Source: a candidate division FCPU426 bacterium
GTDB lineage: Bacteria > Oederibacteriota > Muellerivitia > Muellerivitales > Muellerivitaceae
DNA length: 64,000 nt
Assembly (NCBI GenBank): GCA_963719085.1
Contig: CAVRAL010000004.1
Location: forward strand, 64,001-128,000
Direction: 5' to 3'
Shown here: piece after piece, positions 1-11,347 of the stretch
How positions within the stretch are numbered: position 1 is the stretch's first letter
Layout of the letters: every line of letters begins with the position of its first letter
Translations under genes and position numbers: made by a program
Notes under the pieces: generated by a model
Databases searched by the model: none
What the model was told of the DNA's origin: nothing
What the model saw: the letters and a program-made list of their open reading frames with translations, nothing else

Positions 1-212
1 GAAATCGCGAGGATCTCGGCGTTATGTTTGCGGATCATGGACAGCGCCTCGTTATAAAGGGCGAGTTGATCCCCGCAAACCGGACTCCAATCCGCGGGAT
101 AAAAAACCAGAACAACGTTCTTACCCCTAAATTCAGAAAGCGAAACCTTTTGGTCGGGCGTGGAAGGCAGGGAAAAATCCGGTGCCCGGACCCCTTCTTT
201 TAAGATTCCCAT
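1..212 (-). CDS. Peroxiredoxin (AhpC/TSA, AhpE-like), 3' end outside window
   Basis: Not in the ORF track. Manual translation from ATG 212: MGILKEGVRAPDFSLPSTPDQKVSLSEFRGKNVVLVFYPADWSPVCGDQL..., with the FYPxDWSPVC peroxidatic motif. SD AAGGAG upstream. Confidence 0.9.
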   Translation of the reverse strand, partial: MGILKEGVRAPDFSLPSTPDQKVSLSEFRGKNVVLVFYPADWSPVCGDQLALYNEALSMIRKHNAEILAI

Positions 213-412
213 GAATATCTCCTTGGCCGTATTTTGAATGCAAAAAGACGTCCCGCCAATTATGGCAGTAGGACGTCTTGGGAAACAAGTCGAAGGGCTG
301 GATTGTTGGGCGTTAGGCGGGCCCCGGGAACAGGGTGGAGTTCGAAGAATGCTCCTTGAAATTCACCCGGGGGAAACCAACAATAAGCCTCTAGTTCAAT
401 CGGAGGAGTTCC

Positions 413-658
413 ATGTCAAAACCCATCATTGTTTACACCACATCCTGGTGCGGGGATTGCCGCAACCTTAAAAACCAATTAAAAGACCATCACATCGATT
501 TTGAGGAACGGGATATTGAGCAAAATGAAACCGATTATAAAACCATGCTGGGTTACACCAACGGAAAACGGGTCATCCCCACGGTGGATATCGGCGGGAA
601 GATCCTGATCAATCCGCGGTTTTCCCAAATCGCCGAGGTTTTAGGAATCACCGCTTAA
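413..658 (+). CDS. Glutaredoxin/mycoredoxin-like protein
   Basis: YTTSWCGDC motif, cis-Pro loop VIPTV, 81 aa, SD GGAGGAG. Confidence 0.85.
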   Translation: MSKPIIVYTTSWCGDCRNLKNQLKDHHIDFEERDIEQNETDYKTMLGYTNGKRVIPTVDIGGKILINPRFSQIAEVLGITA

Positions 659-675
659 TTCAAGCCCGGCATCGG

Positions 676-858
676 TCAAGTCTCGCTGTCGGATCCGTCT
701 TCCAAAACCTCCATGGTCTTTTCTGGAAAACCTTTTGGCAAAACCCGGCCCTTCCTCATTTTTTCATATTCTTTCGACCAAAGCTTGTGGCGTTTAAGAT
801 ATTCCAAATCCTTGGGCGCCAACCGGAGGAGCCATTCCTCAAATTGATCGTAGGTCAT
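676..858 (-). CDS. Small hypothetical protein
   Basis: 60 aa ORF with SD GAGGGAG; no recognisable motif. Confidence 0.55.
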   Translation of the reverse strand: MTYDQFEEWLLRLAPKDLEYLKRHKLWSKEYEKMRKGRVLPKGFPEKTMEVLEDGSDSET

Positions 859-931
859 CGCGCATTCTCCCTCAATGGATCCTAAATAAAATTCTTGTGA
901 AAATTATAAATCGAGGACGGGCTTTCCCAAA

Positions 932-2461
932 CTACCGAATAACTAATATTTTAGCGAAATTCGATTTGGTGATTTGCAGGTAATAGATCCCGTCCGCCAA
1001 AGGAGCCCCATTGGGCTCGTTGAGGGAAATCGGGGCTTCGTGGTCCCCGGCGGAAAAAGCGCCTAGCTGGATTTCCAATATTTTTCGGGACGCGACCGTA
1101 TAAAGCTTCAAGCCGACGGATGATTGCGCCTGATCAAGATGAAAATGAACCATAACCGGTTTCAGCCCGTTGGAAGGATTGGGATAGACCACCAAAACCG
1201 GAATCTTGGAAACCGTCAAAGTCGCGGTTGAGGTCGCGGTCAAGACGGGAATCGGCGTCAAAGTCGCGCTAGCGGTCTGCGTGGGCGTGAAGGATGGGAT
1301 CAAGGTGGAAGTCTCCGTGGCCGTAGGCAAGGGGGTGTCCGTGGGAAGCGGGGTCCCTGTGGCCGTGGGAGAAACGGAGTCGGTTGAAGTGACGGAAGGC
1401 GTGGGTGTATCGCTGGCCGGGGTCGTCGCGGTCTGAGTCGCGGTAGCGGAAGGAGTCGGCGTTATCGTTGAAGTTGGAGTGAACGTCGGGGTCGCGGTGA
1501 CCGAGGGCGTTAAAGTGGTTGTCGGAGTCGCCGATGGAGTGCCGGTCGAAGTCGTGGAAGCCGTCACCGTCGGGGTTTCGGAATCGGTGGGAGTCAAAGT
1601 CACCGTGGGGCTGTGAGTCACGGTCGCTGAAGCCGTCGGCGTGGCGGTCGGGGTGATGGTCCCGGTTAAAGTCGGGGTCGCGGTGATCGATGGAGTTGAG
1701 GTTTGAGTTGAAGTGCTTGAGCCTGTACTTGTAGCCGTTGGGGTTCGGGTGGCCGTTAGGGTGGGAGTAACAGTCGCCGTCCGGGTATGGGTGGGGGTGA
1801 AAGTCGTTGTCATCGTCTGGCTAACGGTGGGGCTATCCGTCACCGTCGGGGTTAAGCTGAGGGTGGGGGTAAGGGTCGCCGTTCGGGTTGCGGTAAGGGT
1901 TGGGGTTAAAGTCACGGTCCTCGTACTGGAAGGCGTCAAGGTCGCCGTGACGGTTCGGGTAAACGTCGCGGTGTCCGTTTGTGTCGGGGTCCTTGTGGGC
2001 GTCGAGGTGGCGATCGGCGCGGGGGTGTTTACCACCACTTCCCCGACCATCAGTCCGGTACAAACCACCGAGCAATTAGTCCCACTGGTGCCGCCGCAGG
2101 TGCTATGGATGTCACAATGAAAAGGAAAAGGCGAGCCGACGGCCGTGCTGAAAACCTGGGTGACGGCGGTACCGACGGCTACCCCTTCGAAATTATAATC
2201 CGCGCAGGTTCCGCTGCCGGTTCCGTTGTCGACATCCACCGTGTGGAACCCGCCGGCAAAAATCCACGCCACCGATTGGCCTTGGGTAATGGTGACCGCC
2301 GTCGGGTTAAAGACATCCGCGGCCAGTCCGGCCCCGGCGCTACCCACAGTGACAAAAGCCGCCGGAGTCTGACTAAAAGATTTGCCCGCGGCGCATATTA
2401 AAAAAATAAAAACCCGCCCGAGGGACCAACCCAGCTTTTTTCCTCGGACGGGCTTTTTCAT
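932..2461 (-). CDS. Secreted protein: cupredoxin-like domain + Thr/Pro stalk + T9SS-CTD-like C-terminal domain
   Basis: Signal peptide. FNPTAVTITQGQSVAW...FHTV...FPFHCDIH...MVGEVVV is plastocyanin-like. About 270 aa of T/P. Tail VYPNP...LYTVA...LADGIYY...KILVIR. Confidence 0.8.
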   Translation of the reverse strand: MKKPVRGKKLGWSLGRVFIFLICAAGKSFSQTPAAFVTVGSAGAGLAADVFNPTAVTITQGQSVAWIFAGGFHTVDVDNGTGSGTCADYNFEGVAVGTAVTQVFSTAVGSPFPFHCDIHSTCGGTSGTNCSVVCTGLMVGEVVVNTPAPIATSTPTRTPTQTDTATFTRTVTATLTPSSTRTVTLTPTLTATRTATLTPTLSLTPTVTDSPTVSQTMTTTFTPTHTRTATVTPTLTATRTPTATSTGSSTSTQTSTPSITATPTLTGTITPTATPTASATVTHSPTVTLTPTDSETPTVTASTTSTGTPSATPTTTLTPSVTATPTFTPTSTITPTPSATATQTATTPASDTPTPSVTSTDSVSPTATGTPLPTDTPLPTATETSTLIPSFTPTQTASATLTPIPVLTATSTATLTVSKIPVLVVYPNPSNGLKPVMVHFHLDQAQSSVGLKLYTVASRKILEIQLGAFSAGDHEAPISLNEPNGAPLADGIYYLQITKSNFAKILVIR

Positions 2462-2463
2462 GT

Positions 2464-2901
2464 CTATTGGACAACGACATTGCCTGTCATACCCGAACAG
2501 GGACCGCCCAGACAGCCGGAACTACAGCTGCCATGGACTTCACAATAAAAAGGAAACGTTCCCGCCGTTGTGAAAACCTGGGTCACCGCGTCACCCGCCG
2601 TGGAACTTTCAAAGTTATAGCTGTGGCAGGTGCCCGTATTCGTACCGTCATTCACGTCGGCGGTATGAAATCCGCTGGCATAATAAAACACCAACGACTC
2701 TCCATGGGTAATTGTCACCGCGGTTGGGTTGAAAACATTCGCCCCCCCGTAACCCACCGTGACAAAGGCCCCGACGGTTACCCCGCCACCCCCTCCGCCC
2801 CCGCCCGGCGCTCCCGTCATATAGTCCGTATGATTGCAGGCCCAGCCGCCCAACGAGGTGACCGCCACCACCGTCGCAAAAGCCCAGACATTCCAACGCA
2901 T
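2464..2901 (-). CDS. Plastocyanin/cupredoxin-like protein, probable lipoprotein
   Basis: Signal ending GWA-C, Gly linker, H...C-x2-H...M ligands (FHTA; FYCEVH; GMTGNVVVQ). SD GGAGG. Confidence 0.8.
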   Translation of the reverse strand: MRWNVWAFATVVAVTSLGGWACNHTDYMTGAPGGGGGGGGVTVGAFVTVGYGGANVFNPTAVTITHGESLVFYYASGFHTADVNDGTNTGTCHSYNFESSTAGDAVTQVFTTAGTFPFYCEVHGSCSSGCLGGPCSGMTGNVVVQ

Positions 2902-2978
2902 GAAAAACCTCCGCTATTCAGCGATTTAAACCATTCGGTCGAAATCAAGCCAACCCGTGCATACACACCTTCTCAGTT

Positions 2979-3023
2979 GATATACCCCCCTTTAGGAGGT
3001 CTGTCAAGAAAAGGGGGGGCTAT
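2979..3023 (-). promoter_or_regulatory. Candidate sigma70 promoter with C/G-tract inverted repeat upstream of the cupredoxin pair
   Basis: Minus strand TTGACA-17 nt-TATATC. ATACCCCCCTTT / AAAGGGGGGGCTAT inverted tracts flank the -35. Confidence 0.45.
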
Positions 3024-3161
3024 TAAAAGGAAGTGAAGAAAGAAGGATCAAAATTTGGTTACAAAAAATAATTCTTAAAAAGAAGGGAATTTTCTTAACG
3101 GCGGGCCGAGTTCTTAAGGGTTTGAAGCTTTTGTCTCAAAATACTCGGCTGGAGAGCCCTT

Positions 3162-3617
3162 TTATTTTTCCCGAACAATGAGTATGGCCGCGTCCAGTTT
3201 GGACACGAAATCCTTCCAGGTTTTGGAGCCGAACCCCTTTTCCACTTTCGCCTGGGCCGCATGCCAATAGGGGGCGGCTTTGAGGATGACCTGGGTTCCC
3301 TTCTCGGTCAGCACAATGCCGCTTTTTCGCCGATCGGTCCCCCGCACATTTTTCAAAAAGCCTTTTTTATAAAGCGGCCTAAGGGCCCGGGTAAGCGTGG
3401 TGCGGTCGGAGACAATGGCGTCCGAAAGCTCGGACATAGTGGTTTTTTCTTTTAACCCGGCGGCCATGAGAATCACCAATTGGGTGGACCTTAAACCCGT
3501 GGGACGCAGAACCTGGTCGAAAAATTGGGTCATCACCCGCGCCGCTTTGCGTAAATTAAAACTCGCGCAGGCGTTGATATAAAACATCAGTTGTTCTTTT
3601 TTTAACCGGGGAGCCAT
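3162..3617 (-). CDS. MarR-family transcriptional regulator
   Basis: C.SFNLRKAAR..TQFFD..L.P.GL..TQ, DRTTLTR, DRR wHTH signature. Start set at ATG 3617. Confidence 0.9.
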   Translation of the reverse strand: MAPRLKKEQLMFYINACASFNLRKAARVMTQFFDQVLRPTGLRSTQLVILMAAGLKEKTTMSELSDAIVSDRTTLTRALRPLYKKGFLKNVRGTDRRKSGIVLTEKGTQVILKAAPYWHAAQAKVEKGFGSKTWKDFVSKLDAAILIVREK

Positions 3618-3720
3618 GAGCAAAGTATAGGAAAGGCCGCCGAATAAATCTAGCGGACTTCCCTTAGGGTCCAACTCGTTTGTCCTGTTCATTTTTTATT
3701 TTTTAAATTACAGTGAGCGC

Positions 3721-4332
3721 ATGCCTTCCACCAAACCCCTCCCGCTTCTATGGAAAACCCCGGCCGGATGGGCCGCTTCGGTTTTAGAATCCCCCCTGGA
3801 TTTACTTTCGGACCAGGCCTATTTGGAAAAAAAAGCCGCCAATAACGCCCTGGAATTCCTCAATATCTGGCCCGGCGCCCAAGCCCCCGATCATTGGCTC
3901 GCCTCCTTGACGTCCATCGCCCGGGATGAGACCCAACATCTGCAAATGGTGATCCGTTTATTGGAAAAAAGAGGGGGACGGCTGGCCCGGTCCCATAAGA
4001 CGCCCTACGCCACTGAGCTTCGCCTGCTGATCCGCAAGGGCAAGGGTTCGGAAGAATTGGCCGACCGCCTTTTAGTCTCCGCTTTAATCGAGGCCCGTTC
4101 CTGCGAGCGCTTTGAGTGCTTGGCCGAGAACACGAAGGATCCGGAACTTTCGAAATTTTACGGGGGATTGGTGGCTTCCGAGAACGGACATTATCAATTA
4201 TTCGTGGAGATGGCTAAAAAAGCCCTCACCGCCGAAAAAGTCCAAAAACGCTGGAAGGAACTGTTGGAAGCCGAAGCGCGAATGATCCAGACCCAGACCC
4301 CCGGCCCCCGCATCCATAGCGGCGCCGCGTAA
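3721..4332 (+). CDS. miaE: tRNA-(ms2io6A)-hydroxylase MiaE-like ferritin-fold protein
   Basis: EKKAA, DETQH, DRLLVSALIEARSCERF and SENGHY di-iron motifs. Confidence 0.85.
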   Translation: MPSTKPLPLLWKTPAGWAASVLESPLDLLSDQAYLEKKAANNALEFLNIWPGAQAPDHWLASLTSIARDETQHLQMVIRLLEKRGGRLARSHKTPYATELRLLIRKGKGSEELADRLLVSALIEARSCERFECLAENTKDPELSKFYGGLVASENGHYQLFVEMAKKALTAEKVQKRWKELLEAEARMIQTQTPGPRIHSGAA

Positions 4333-4349
4333 AAGGCCCCCGGCGCTTT

Positions 4350-4976
4350 TTATTCGCCGGCCTCCTCTAAAATGACCCCCGCCAATATTTCAGGAGGCTG
4401 GGCCCCCGAAAGATGTGTTTCCCCGATCACGAAATGGGGCACACCGTGGATGCCCATCGCCTGGGCTTGGGATTCGGAAAGGCGCACCTGGGCCTCCCCT
4501 TCGTTCCCTTCCAGCCACTGGGTTGTTTTTTTCGCGTCCAAGCCGCATTCCGCCGCCAAGCGCTTGAGCACCCCGGTGTCCCCCAGGTCCAACCCTTCGG
4601 AAAAATAAGCCTTAAAAAAACGTTCGGCCAATTTTTCTTGTAATCCTTCTTGATCCGCCAGGATCAAAAGCCGATGCGCTTTTAAGGTGTTCGGAATTTT
4701 TTCCGCCCGGTCAAACCGGAAATCAATACCCGCCCCGCTTCCCAATTGGGACAAATGATGATGGGCCTGCTCAATACGCGCCCCGTATTTTTGGGCCAAA
4801 TATTTTTTTCGGTCATATCCTTGTTCGGGAGTGGCCGGATTCAGCTCAAAGGGATGGTAGTGGATGTTCAAATCCACCTTGCGGGGCAGGGACGCGATGG
4901 CCCGTTCCAGGTTTTTCTTGCCCACATAGCACCAGGGACAAATCACATCCGAATAAACGTCAATGGCGAGGGTCAT
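4350..4976 (-). CDS. DsbA-family oxidoreductase (FrnE-like)
   Basis: SDVICPWCYVG, PFELNP, GVP.F, SGAQP. Confidence 0.92.
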   Translation of the reverse strand: MTLAIDVYSDVICPWCYVGKKNLERAIASLPRKVDLNIHYHPFELNPATPEQGYDRKKYLAQKYGARIEQAHHHLSQLGSGAGIDFRFDRAEKIPNTLKAHRLLILADQEGLQEKLAERFFKAYFSEGLDLGDTGVLKRLAAECGLDAKKTTQWLEGNEGEAQVRLSESQAQAMGIHGVPHFVIGETHLSGAQPPEILAGVILEEAGE

Positions 4977-5067
4977 GAGTTTTTCCTTTTCATTCTCAAT
5001 TTAGGAAATCAGGGGATGAAAAACAACCCGCCTTTTAGCTTTGGGCTCCGGCCGTTATACTAGGACC

Positions 5068-5463
5068 ATGAAAATCCTTAAGGTCAGGTCCAACCAACGC
5101 GAGCAGGTTTTGGATATCACGGCCCAGGTTCGGGATTTCGCGGCGCGAACCGGGCAGCCCTCCGGATTGGTCGCGGTTTACTGCCCCCATACCACGGCCG
5201 CGGTCTCCGTCAATGAAAACGCGGACCCGGACGTCAAACGGGACCTGCTTTATCAATTAAAGAAAACCATTCCCCAATCCCCCGAATTTCACCACAACGA
5301 GGACAACGCCGACGCCCACATTAAGGCCGTTTTGACGGGATTGTCCCAAGTTTTTATCGTGGAAGAGGGCTCGCTTCAATTGGGCTATTGGCAGGGAGTT
5401 TATTTTTTGGAATTTGACGGACCCCGGGAACGGGAAGTCTGGCTCAAATTCATTCCCGGATAA
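5068..5463 (+). CDS. yjbQ: YjbQ/UPF0047 family protein
   Basis: HTTAAVSVNENADPDV, NADAHIK, LG.WQG.YF.EFDGPR. Start ATG 5068. Confidence 0.9.
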   Translation: MKILKVRSNQREQVLDITAQVRDFAARTGQPSGLVAVYCPHTTAAVSVNENADPDVKRDLLYQLKKTIPQSPEFHHNEDNADAHIKAVLTGLSQVFIVEEGSLQLGYWQGVYFLEFDGPREREVWLKFIPG

Positions 5464-5470
5464 AGGCCGG

Positions 5471-6277
5471 TCAGGTCTTTTTTGTTTTTCTGGATCGGGT
5501 CGGGGGTTTTTCCGCCATCACCGTATATCCCAGGCAATCCACCGAGCCGTCCTTAAAAGAAGACAAGTTTCCTAACAAGACCGCGAAAGCCAAGAGCGGT
5601 AGGCCCAGGATTCCTAAAAGCCTTGAAAAATTCTTAACTATAAAATTCGGACTCGTAGGCGCCAAAAGGACGAATAGAAAAGCCATCACCTTGTAACAAG
5701 CCACCGTCAATTGGTTTCCCCGGGCGTAAATTTTCACCTGGTTAAACCCCGCCTGGGTCAAAAGATTGTTTAATCCCGATGGCGTATAACGCCAATAATC
5801 GTAGGGAATAAAATGCCACCGCACGGCAAAGGGGATGGTGGCCACCATTTTCCCGCCGGGCCGAAGAACCCGGGCCGCCTGTTTCAAAAAAATCAGCGGC
5901 TCGTCCACATGCTCAAGCGTTTCCGTGCAGAGGATAAAATCAACGGATTCGTTTTTGACCGGCCAAGTCGACCCTGAGTAGTAAATCGTGTCCGGGGTCT
6001 CGTAGCCGAAATGGGGCTTGGAGTTGGCCGTATCAATACCCTGATAGCGGGCCTCCGCTGAGAACATCCGGCGAAAAGGCTGGATACCGCAGCCCACATC
6101 CAAAACATCACCCTTGACCTTTGGCAGCAGCGCTTTCAAATCCCGTGAAATCGTGCTGGTTTGCAAGTCGAGCAGGAAGTAAATGAGGATTTTGATCCGG
6201 GAAACGAAACCGGGGGATCGGGAATAGACCGGAGGACGCCAATTTTCCGCCTTCAAATCCAGCAGGTTTTTTCTCAT
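5471..6277 (-). CDS. Class I SAM-dependent methyltransferase
   Basis: VLDVGCG, TETLEHV, RVLRPGG, PYDYWRYT. Confidence 0.88.
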   Translation of the reverse strand: MRKNLLDLKAENWRPPVYSRSPGFVSRIKILIYFLLDLQTSTISRDLKALLPKVKGDVLDVGCGIQPFRRMFSAEARYQGIDTANSKPHFGYETPDTIYYSGSTWPVKNESVDFILCTETLEHVDEPLIFLKQAARVLRPGGKMVATIPFAVRWHFIPYDYWRYTPSGLNNLLTQAGFNQVKIYARGNQLTVACYKVMAFLFVLLAPTSPNFIVKNFSRLLGILGLPLLAFAVLLGNLSSFKDGSVDCLGYTVMAEKPPTRSRKTKKT

Positions 6278-6349
6278 ACCACCCCTTTCAATGCCGATTA
6301 ATACTACCCCACTCTTTTAATTTCGCAACGAATTCCCACTGAAAAATAT

Positions 6350-7417
6350 TTAAATTTTGGGCTTAGCCCGGAGATATTGTTTGGGCCAGGGGACGTCCAC
6401 ACCCAAGACCCGCGCCGCGTTTAACGCCCAGTAGGGATCCCGTAAAAAAGCCCGGGCCAGGGCCACAAAATCCGCCTTGCCCTCCCGGATCAATTGATCC
6501 GCCTGCCCGGGTTCGGTGATCATGCCGACCGCGATGGTTCCGATGCCGGCTTCCTTTTTTATTTTTTCTGAAAAAGGAACCTGGTACCCCGGCCCAATCG
6601 GAATTTGGGCGCCTGGCACCACGCCGCCGGACGAGCAATCAATCAGGTCCACGCCCAAGGCCTTCGCCCGCCGGGCCAGTTCCACACTTTCGTCCGGCGT
6701 CCATCCCCCTTCCACCCAATCCGTGCAGGAAATCCGGACCGCCAAGGGCAGGTTTTCAGGCCAGTTTTGTCGAACCGCGGCCACCACTTCCAAGGGAAAA
6801 CGGACCCGGTTGTCAAAGCCGCCTCCATAAGCGTCTTCCCGGCGGTTGGCCAGGGGCGATAAAAACTCATTCAATAGGTAGCCGTGCGCCGAATGGATTT
6901 CAACCAATTCAAACCCCGCCTCAAAGGCGCGGCGGGCGGCCTTGCCAAAATCGGCGGCGGTTTTTTTAATCTCCACCTCATCCATGGCCTTGGGCGTTTG
7001 CCAGCCTTCTTGAAAGGCCTCCGCGCTGGGGGCCAGCGTCTCCCATGCGCCATCCGCCGGCTTCAAGGAACCTTCCCCTTGCCAAGGCGTGTAGGTGCCG
7101 GCCTTCCGCCCGGCGTGGGCCAATTGGATCCCGGGGACCGCGCCTTGGGACTTGAGAAACCGGGTAAGGGATAAAAAAGCCTGGGTGTGGGCGTCGGACC
7201 AAAGCCCCATGTCTTCCGGGGTGATGCGCCCTTCCGGCGTCACCGCCGTGGCTTCCACCATCACCATCGCCGCCCCACCAACCGCCCGGCTCCCTAAATG
7301 GGTGTGATGCCATTCGTTCGGCATTCCGTTGACGCTGGAATATTGGCACATGGGGGAAACAAAAATCCGGTTTCGAAATGAGACATTTTTAATCGTTATG
7401 GGCGAAAAAAGAGACAT
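6350..7417 (-). CDS. NADH:flavin oxidoreductase (Old Yellow Enzyme, YqjM/NamA type)
   Basis: SPMCQYS, QLAHAGRKA, EIHSAHGYLL, LRDPYW. Confidence 0.95.
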   Translation of the reverse strand: MSLFSPITIKNVSFRNRIFVSPMCQYSSVNGMPNEWHHTHLGSRAVGGAAMVMVEATAVTPEGRITPEDMGLWSDAHTQAFLSLTRFLKSQGAVPGIQLAHAGRKAGTYTPWQGEGSLKPADGAWETLAPSAEAFQEGWQTPKAMDEVEIKKTAADFGKAARRAFEAGFELVEIHSAHGYLLNEFLSPLANRREDAYGGGFDNRVRFPLEVVAAVRQNWPENLPLAVRISCTDWVEGGWTPDESVELARRAKALGVDLIDCSSGGVVPGAQIPIGPGYQVPFSEKIKKEAGIGTIAVGMITEPGQADQLIREGKADFVALARAFLRDPYWALNAARVLGVDVPWPKQYLRAKPKI

Positions 7418-7445
7418 AAAAACCTTTCCAATTCAAACTCGCGGC

Positions 7446-9035
7446 TTAGTGCAGCTGCAATTGACCGCCCAGGATCGCCGTCGCGGACGGCGGGGCGTCG
7501 TCGGAAACCGGAGCGGACGAATCCGTGGCCGGCGCGTCCTGGGAATCATCCGCCAGATCATCCGACCTGTCTTTGGGAATGCCGAAAGATTTCAAAATTT
7601 CTTTGGTATCTTTATCGGCGCCGTCGGCCTTGATCACGATCCAATCGCCGAAATTATCCCCGTCCCCGGTCGTGTGATCGAGCTCGATCACATGGTATCC
7701 ATTGATGGGATGCTCGAAGGCCTTCGGCACATCCTTCAGCTCGGTGATCGGCATGCCGTCGATTTTATCCACCACCCCCTGCTTCAAGTCGTGGTAACCC
7801 ACGTTCAAGTCATGGGGCAAAACCTCGTTGATGAAGACAATTTGTTTGTGACGCTCGGACGGCAGACCGTTCTCGTAATAATCCATCAACTGGGAAGGCG
7901 CGGTGCCGGCTTTCCATAGGTTCAAATAGTCCCAACTCAAGGGCATGAAAACCAATCCGCCAAAGATGTAATAAGAAGGTCTGACATCGTAAGCCGGCCC
8001 CGCCACCAAGGCGTCGAAAGGTTTCAAAAGGATGGACAACTTCACTATTTTCCCATCCCGTAAAACGTCCAACGGGACCTTATCCCCATTGGCGTATTGG
8101 CTGGTGATATAAGAAAAGGCCACCCGGTCGCCGCCCGCGAAAGGAACCGTTCCGTTGTTGGCGATAGGGACGCCGGCTTCCGAAAGCAAAACATCCTTGG
8201 GTTGGATAACGCCGTCCGCGGGGGATCCATGAACCACCTGGGTCACCAATACGCCCGACTGGTTGGGGCCCATCTTATAAAAGCTCCGCAAAGAATCGCT
8301 TTCCATTTTCTGCCATAAAATCCCCAGGCTCGGCGCGCCCGTCATATTGCCCGCGGCCTTGTCTTTGAGCGAGCGTTGAATAATGGAAACCGGCACGATA
8401 TAGCCGATCCCTTCGGCGTCGCCCGCGCCATAAGACTGGAAAGCGATCCCAATCAGTTTCCCCCCCTCAAAAGCGGGGCCGCCCGAATTGCCCGGATTAA
8501 TGGCCGCGTCGGTTTGGATGGTTAAAAAATCCCTTTGGGAGTGCACATAACGTTGAACCTCGATGCGTGAAACCACGCCTTCGGTGATCGAAAGCTCATC
8601 GCCTCCAATTGGGAATCCATAAACCGCCACCTTTTGCCTTTGGCTGGGCAGGGCGCCGAACTCCACCGGCGTGGTGTCTTTAAAGAAGTCGGGATTCTTG
8701 ACCTTCAAGACAGCCACTTCCCGGTCATGGTCCACATATTCGACATCCGCGGTGTATTTTTTGGTGTCCCCGGCTTTCATGACCTGAATAAAAACCTCAT
8801 CGGAGATCACGTGGGCGTTGGTCAGGATCCGTCCGCCCGGCAGGATGCAGCCGGAGCCGCTGGCTTCGTATTGATAGCCGATCACCCAGGGTTGGTAATA
8901 GTTGGGCTTGTTGGTGACGGTAAAAATTTTTACCACGGACTTTCGAAGCCCGCTGTCATCGGCCAGCAGGGTCCGGGGAGCCATTCCGCCCCAAAGAAAA
9001 GCCAACGATAATAAAAGAGAAATATTGCGTTTCAT
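7446..9035 (-). CDS. Secreted Deg/HtrA serine protease with PDZ domains (Deg2-like)
   Basis: Signal peptide; TNAHV, DAAINPGNSGGP; C-terminal PSYYIFGGLVF PDZ-like region. Start ATG 9035. Confidence 0.9.
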   Translation of the reverse strand: MKRNISLLLSLAFLWGGMAPRTLLADDSGLRKSVVKIFTVTNKPNYYQPWVIGYQYEASGSGCILPGGRILTNAHVISDEVFIQVMKAGDTKKYTADVEYVDHDREVAVLKVKNPDFFKDTTPVEFGALPSQRQKVAVYGFPIGGDELSITEGVVSRIEVQRYVHSQRDFLTIQTDAAINPGNSGGPAFEGGKLIGIAFQSYGAGDAEGIGYIVPVSIIQRSLKDKAAGNMTGAPSLGILWQKMESDSLRSFYKMGPNQSGVLVTQVVHGSPADGVIQPKDVLLSEAGVPIANNGTVPFAGGDRVAFSYITSQYANGDKVPLDVLRDGKIVKLSILLKPFDALVAGPAYDVRPSYYIFGGLVFMPLSWDYLNLWKAGTAPSQLMDYYENGLPSERHKQIVFINEVLPHDLNVGYHDLKQGVVDKIDGMPITELKDVPKAFEHPINGYHVIELDHTTGDGDNFGDWIVIKADGADKDTKEILKSFGIPKDRSDDLADDSQDAPATDSSAPVSDDAPPSATAILGGQLQLH

Positions 9036-9089
9036 GCGATGCCTTTCAAAATGAAGTCCCACGATAAGACGAAAAAGTCATAAATAGTG

Positions 9090-11072
<1,983 letters not shown>

Positions 11073-11347
11073 TTTTTCCCCTCATTTCGGAGTGGCGATG
11101 ATTCCAATTGTACCCGGTGAGCCCCGTCCCATCCCTGAAAAAGCTATAAAAAAACGCCGAAAAACCATTTACCCATCTAGCTTATCGGAAGTCTATCCGG
11201 CGGAGCCCGGAGGATGTAAAATAGGGCGGTCAAAAGCCCGAACCTTTTCCAACGCACACCCGGCTTCTTCTGATTTTGAACGGATGGCTTCCTGGTTTTT
11301 ATAGTTCCATTTCACGCACGCCGCTAAAAACGTTTGTTGGAGCCCGC

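Noticed and set aside
11073..11347. Possible structured RNA in the acs/glycerate kinase divergent spacer
   Set aside because: Only short hairpins were seen, with no recognisable riboswitch or sRNA motif.
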